Source: an uncultured Candidatus Kuenenia sp. (GTDB lineage Bacteria > Planctomycetota > Planctomycetia > Pirellulales > UBA1268). From it: 62,560 nucleotides of DNA. The translations under genes and the position numbers were made by a program. Shown in pieces: positions 60,641-62,560 of the stretch (positions are counted from its first letter, which is position 1; each line of letters begins with the position of its first letter). The DNA is taken from NCBI GenBank assembly GCA_964453165.1, contig CAYVNX010000005.1:1-62560 (forward strand). The letters run 5' to 3'. The notes below the pieces were generated by a model. The model had not been told where the DNA came from, searched no databases, and was given only the letters and a program-made list of their open reading frames with translations.

Positions 60641-61231
60641 ATGGCGAACGAGTCTACCGCGGCAACCCCGGCCCAGGCCGACCCCACCCTGTCGCCATCG
60701 TGGGCTGCGCTCTCCGACGGCGACCGCTCACGGCTGATCAAGTGCTACCGGACGGGCATGGCCAACGCGGCCAACCCGCAGTACGCGATCGACATGTTCT
60801 CGATCTGCGTCAGCGGAGACCCGGGCAACGTCGTCTTCCTCCAGGCCTTTCTGGCCGCCCTCCGCAAGAAATTTGGCACCAAGAAGGCCGGCGGCCTGAC
60901 CTCGCTGTTCTCGGCCGGAAGCCGGGCGGGGCTCAAGCGACTGGCGGCCGGGGCGAAGTGGCGGGAACTGCTCGCCCAGGGCGTCGACATCCTCAAGGGC
61001 AATCCGGCCGACTACGGCTGCCTCCTGTCGATGGCGGAAGCCTGCGGCAATCTGATGTTCTTCGACTGCCAGGCGGTCTACCTCCGGGCCGCGCTCGATG
61101 CCGCCCCCGCCGACGCCGAAGTGAACCGGCAATGCGCCAAGTTCGCGGCGAGCCAGGGCAACTTCGATCAGGCCATCGAGTGCTGGCGGCGGATCGCGAA
61201 AATCAAGGGATTGGGCGAGGAAGCCGAATAG
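60641..61231 (+). CDS. Helical-repeat hypothetical protein; N-terminal part of a possibly split gene
   Basis: ATG at 60641. Ends at TAG 61229-61231. The next ORF is in the same frame 16 codons later. Confidence 0.55.
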   Translation: MANESTAATPAQADPTLSPSWAALSDGDRSRLIKCYRTGMANAANPQYAIDMFSICVSGDPGNVVFLQAFLAALRKKFGTKKAGGLTSLFSAGSRAGLKRLAAGAKWRELLAQGVDILKGNPADYGCLLSMAEACGNLMFFDCQAVYLRAALDAAPADAEVNRQCAKFAASQGNFDQAIECWRRIAKIKGLGEEAE

Positions 61232-61279
61232 GCGTTCGCCGAACTCTCGGTCGACAAGACGTTCGCCGCCGGCCAGGGC

Positions 61280-62074
61280 ATGGCCGGCCGGCCCGGCATG
61301 ATGAAGGCCACCGCGCCGGCCGGGGACTCGCCGACCGCCAAGGGGGCGAGCCCCCGCGCGGCGCTCGAGCAGAAGATCCGCGACAACCCCGCCGACATCG
61401 ACGCCTACCTCGAACTCGCCGATCTGGTGGAGCGAGAAGCCAGTGCCGACGAGGCGGAGAAGGTGCTGGCCAAGGCGCTCGCCGCATCGGGCAACGACAT
61501 CAAGGTGCGGGAACACATCGAAGACCGCCAACTTCGCTGGGCCCGCGGCCAAATCCTGATTGCTGAGAAGCGGCTCGCCGCCGACGACTCCCCCGAGAAC
61601 CGGGCCACCATCGAGAAACTCAAGACGGCGCAGCTCCGGCAGGAAATCGAGGTCTTCGCCGCTCGCACGAGCCGCTACCCGGAGAACCTCACCTGGAAGT
61701 ACGAACTTGCCCTCCGGCTCAAGGCCGCAGGGAAGTTCCCCGAGGCGATCCGCTCTTTCCAGGAAGCGATCCAGGACACCCGCCGGAAGGGCGCAATCGC
61801 GCTCGAACTGGGCGAGTGCTTCCAGAGCATCAAGCAGTACCAACTCGCGATGCAGAATTACGAGGTGGCGGTCGAGACGCTCTCCGACCGGGAGGCGGAA
61901 CTCCGCAAGCGGGCGCTCTACCGGGCCGGCGTCCTGGCGGCGGCCCTCAAGGACGTCGACGCGGCCCTGAAGCATCTCTCAGCCGTGGCCAGCCTGGACT
62001 TCGGATACCGGGATGTGGCCCAGCGGCTGGACAAACTCCGTTCCGCGAGCGATAACGGAGTGTCGGAGCCGTAG
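61280..62074 (+). CDS. TPR-repeat protein; C-terminal part of a possibly split gene
   Basis: TPR-like helices (DAYLELADLVEREASADEAEKVLAKAL; FPEAIRSFQEAI; YQLAMQNYEVAV). Same frame as 60641..61231. Confidence 0.65.
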   Translation: MAGRPGMMKATAPAGDSPTAKGASPRAALEQKIRDNPADIDAYLELADLVEREASADEAEKVLAKALAASGNDIKVREHIEDRQLRWARGQILIAEKRLAADDSPENRATIEKLKTAQLRQEIEVFAARTSRYPENLTWKYELALRLKAAGKFPEAIRSFQEAIQDTRRKGAIALELGECFQSIKQYQLAMQNYEVAVETLSDREAELRKRALYRAGVLAAALKDVDAALKHLSAVASLDFGYRDVAQRLDKLRSASDNGVSEP

Positions 62075-62142
62075 CCCCCTCCTCTGGGGAGCCTGCGAAA
62101 TGGTGCTCCCTCCCGCACACGTTCGTTCCATCGAGGATTCCC

Positions 62143-62454
62143 ATGCCCCACTCGGCCAGTGCCAAGAAGCGTCACCGTCAGAACCTCCGCAACCGCGATC
62201 GCAATCGGGCCGTCAAGACGGAGATCAAGTCGTCGATCCGCAAGGTCCTGGAGGCGATTTCGACCGGTGACGTCGATCTGGCTCGGGAGCAGTTCCGCGG
62301 CGCCTCCCGGACCGCCGACCAGGCGGCGTCCGCCGGCACGATCCACCGCAACCGCGCCGCCCGCATCAAGTCGCGGCTCTCGGCCCGCGTCTTGGCGGCG
62401 AGCAAGGGCGATTCAGCCGCGGCGACCAAGAGCCGCAAGGCCACCAAGGCCTGA
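62143..62454 (+). CDS. rpsT: 30S ribosomal protein S20
   Basis: MPHSASAKKRHRQNLRNRDRNRAVKTEIKS...IHRNRAARIKSRL. gagga lies before the ATG. Confidence 0.92.
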   Translation: MPHSASAKKRHRQNLRNRDRNRAVKTEIKSSIRKVLEAISTGDVDLAREQFRGASRTADQAASAGTIHRNRAARIKSRLSARVLAASKGDSAAATKSRKATKA

Positions 62455-62468
62455 GGCAGGCGCTTACG

Positions 62469-62519
62469 AGGCGTTCACCAGGCGTTCACCAGGCGTTCAC
62501 CAGGCGTTCACCAGGCGAT
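62469..62519. repeat. 11-bp tandem repeat (aggcgttcacc), 4 perfect copies plus a partial fifth
   Basis: Perfect units start at 62469, 62480, 62491 and 62502. The fifth copy is degenerate (aggcgat). Begins 15 nt after the rpsT stop. Confidence 0.9.
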
Positions 62520-62560
62520 CGTCGCGGCGTCGAACACCGGCCCCTCAACGCAGGTTCGTC

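Overview
Very GC-rich bacterial chromosomal segment. Its gene content (a DUF1573 protein, a secreted multihaem cytochrome, many secreted TPR/all-alpha proteins, a DUF3500 protein, long basic signal-peptide n-regions) suggests Planctomycetota; this is inference only. I support about 55 protein genes and found no rRNA, tRNA or CRISPR array. Most of the window is housekeeping: rpmF-fabD-fabG-acpP-fabF; nusA-infB-rbfA; yebC; epmB/efp; proS; a yhaM-like gene with rnr; gcvT-gcvH plus a LipM/LplA-like gene; serC-serA; metH; mutM; trpB-trpA; trpE; mcsA-mcsB; coaD; a cobA/hemD fusion; rpsT. Many ORF-track entries carry spurious N-terminal extensions or are antisense shadow ORFs, so I re-set starts from N-terminal homology, RBS-like purine runs and ATGA/GTGA overlaps. 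rpmF (59 aa) is missing from the track. The best candidates for an undescribed system, none proven, are four. (1) A TonB-less exbB-exbD-exbD motor preceded by two large secreted all-alpha/TPR proteins (33.4-39.9 kb). (2) A minus-strand string of a Cys/His/Met-rich periplasmic protein, ECF sigma, anti-sigma, DUF1573 protein and tetrahaem cytochrome (13.9-19.1 kb). (3) A FabF paralogue whose Cys-His-His triad reads Glu-His-Asn, linked to fabF through an unknown secreted protein (4.3-6.8 kb). (4) A three-gene overlapping module of a small TM protein, a ParA/BY-kinase-like P-loop with a Lys-to-Arg Walker A, and a mini ExeA-like AAA ATPase (45.0-46.6 kb). Non-coding signals include a ~150-bp repeat element present in inverted copies 13.4 kb apart, one of them expanded into a 78-bp tandem array. 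There is also a 25-34-nt box conserved in three 5' regions, an in-frame amber stop splitting a TPR gene, and an 11-bp tandem repeat after rpsT.
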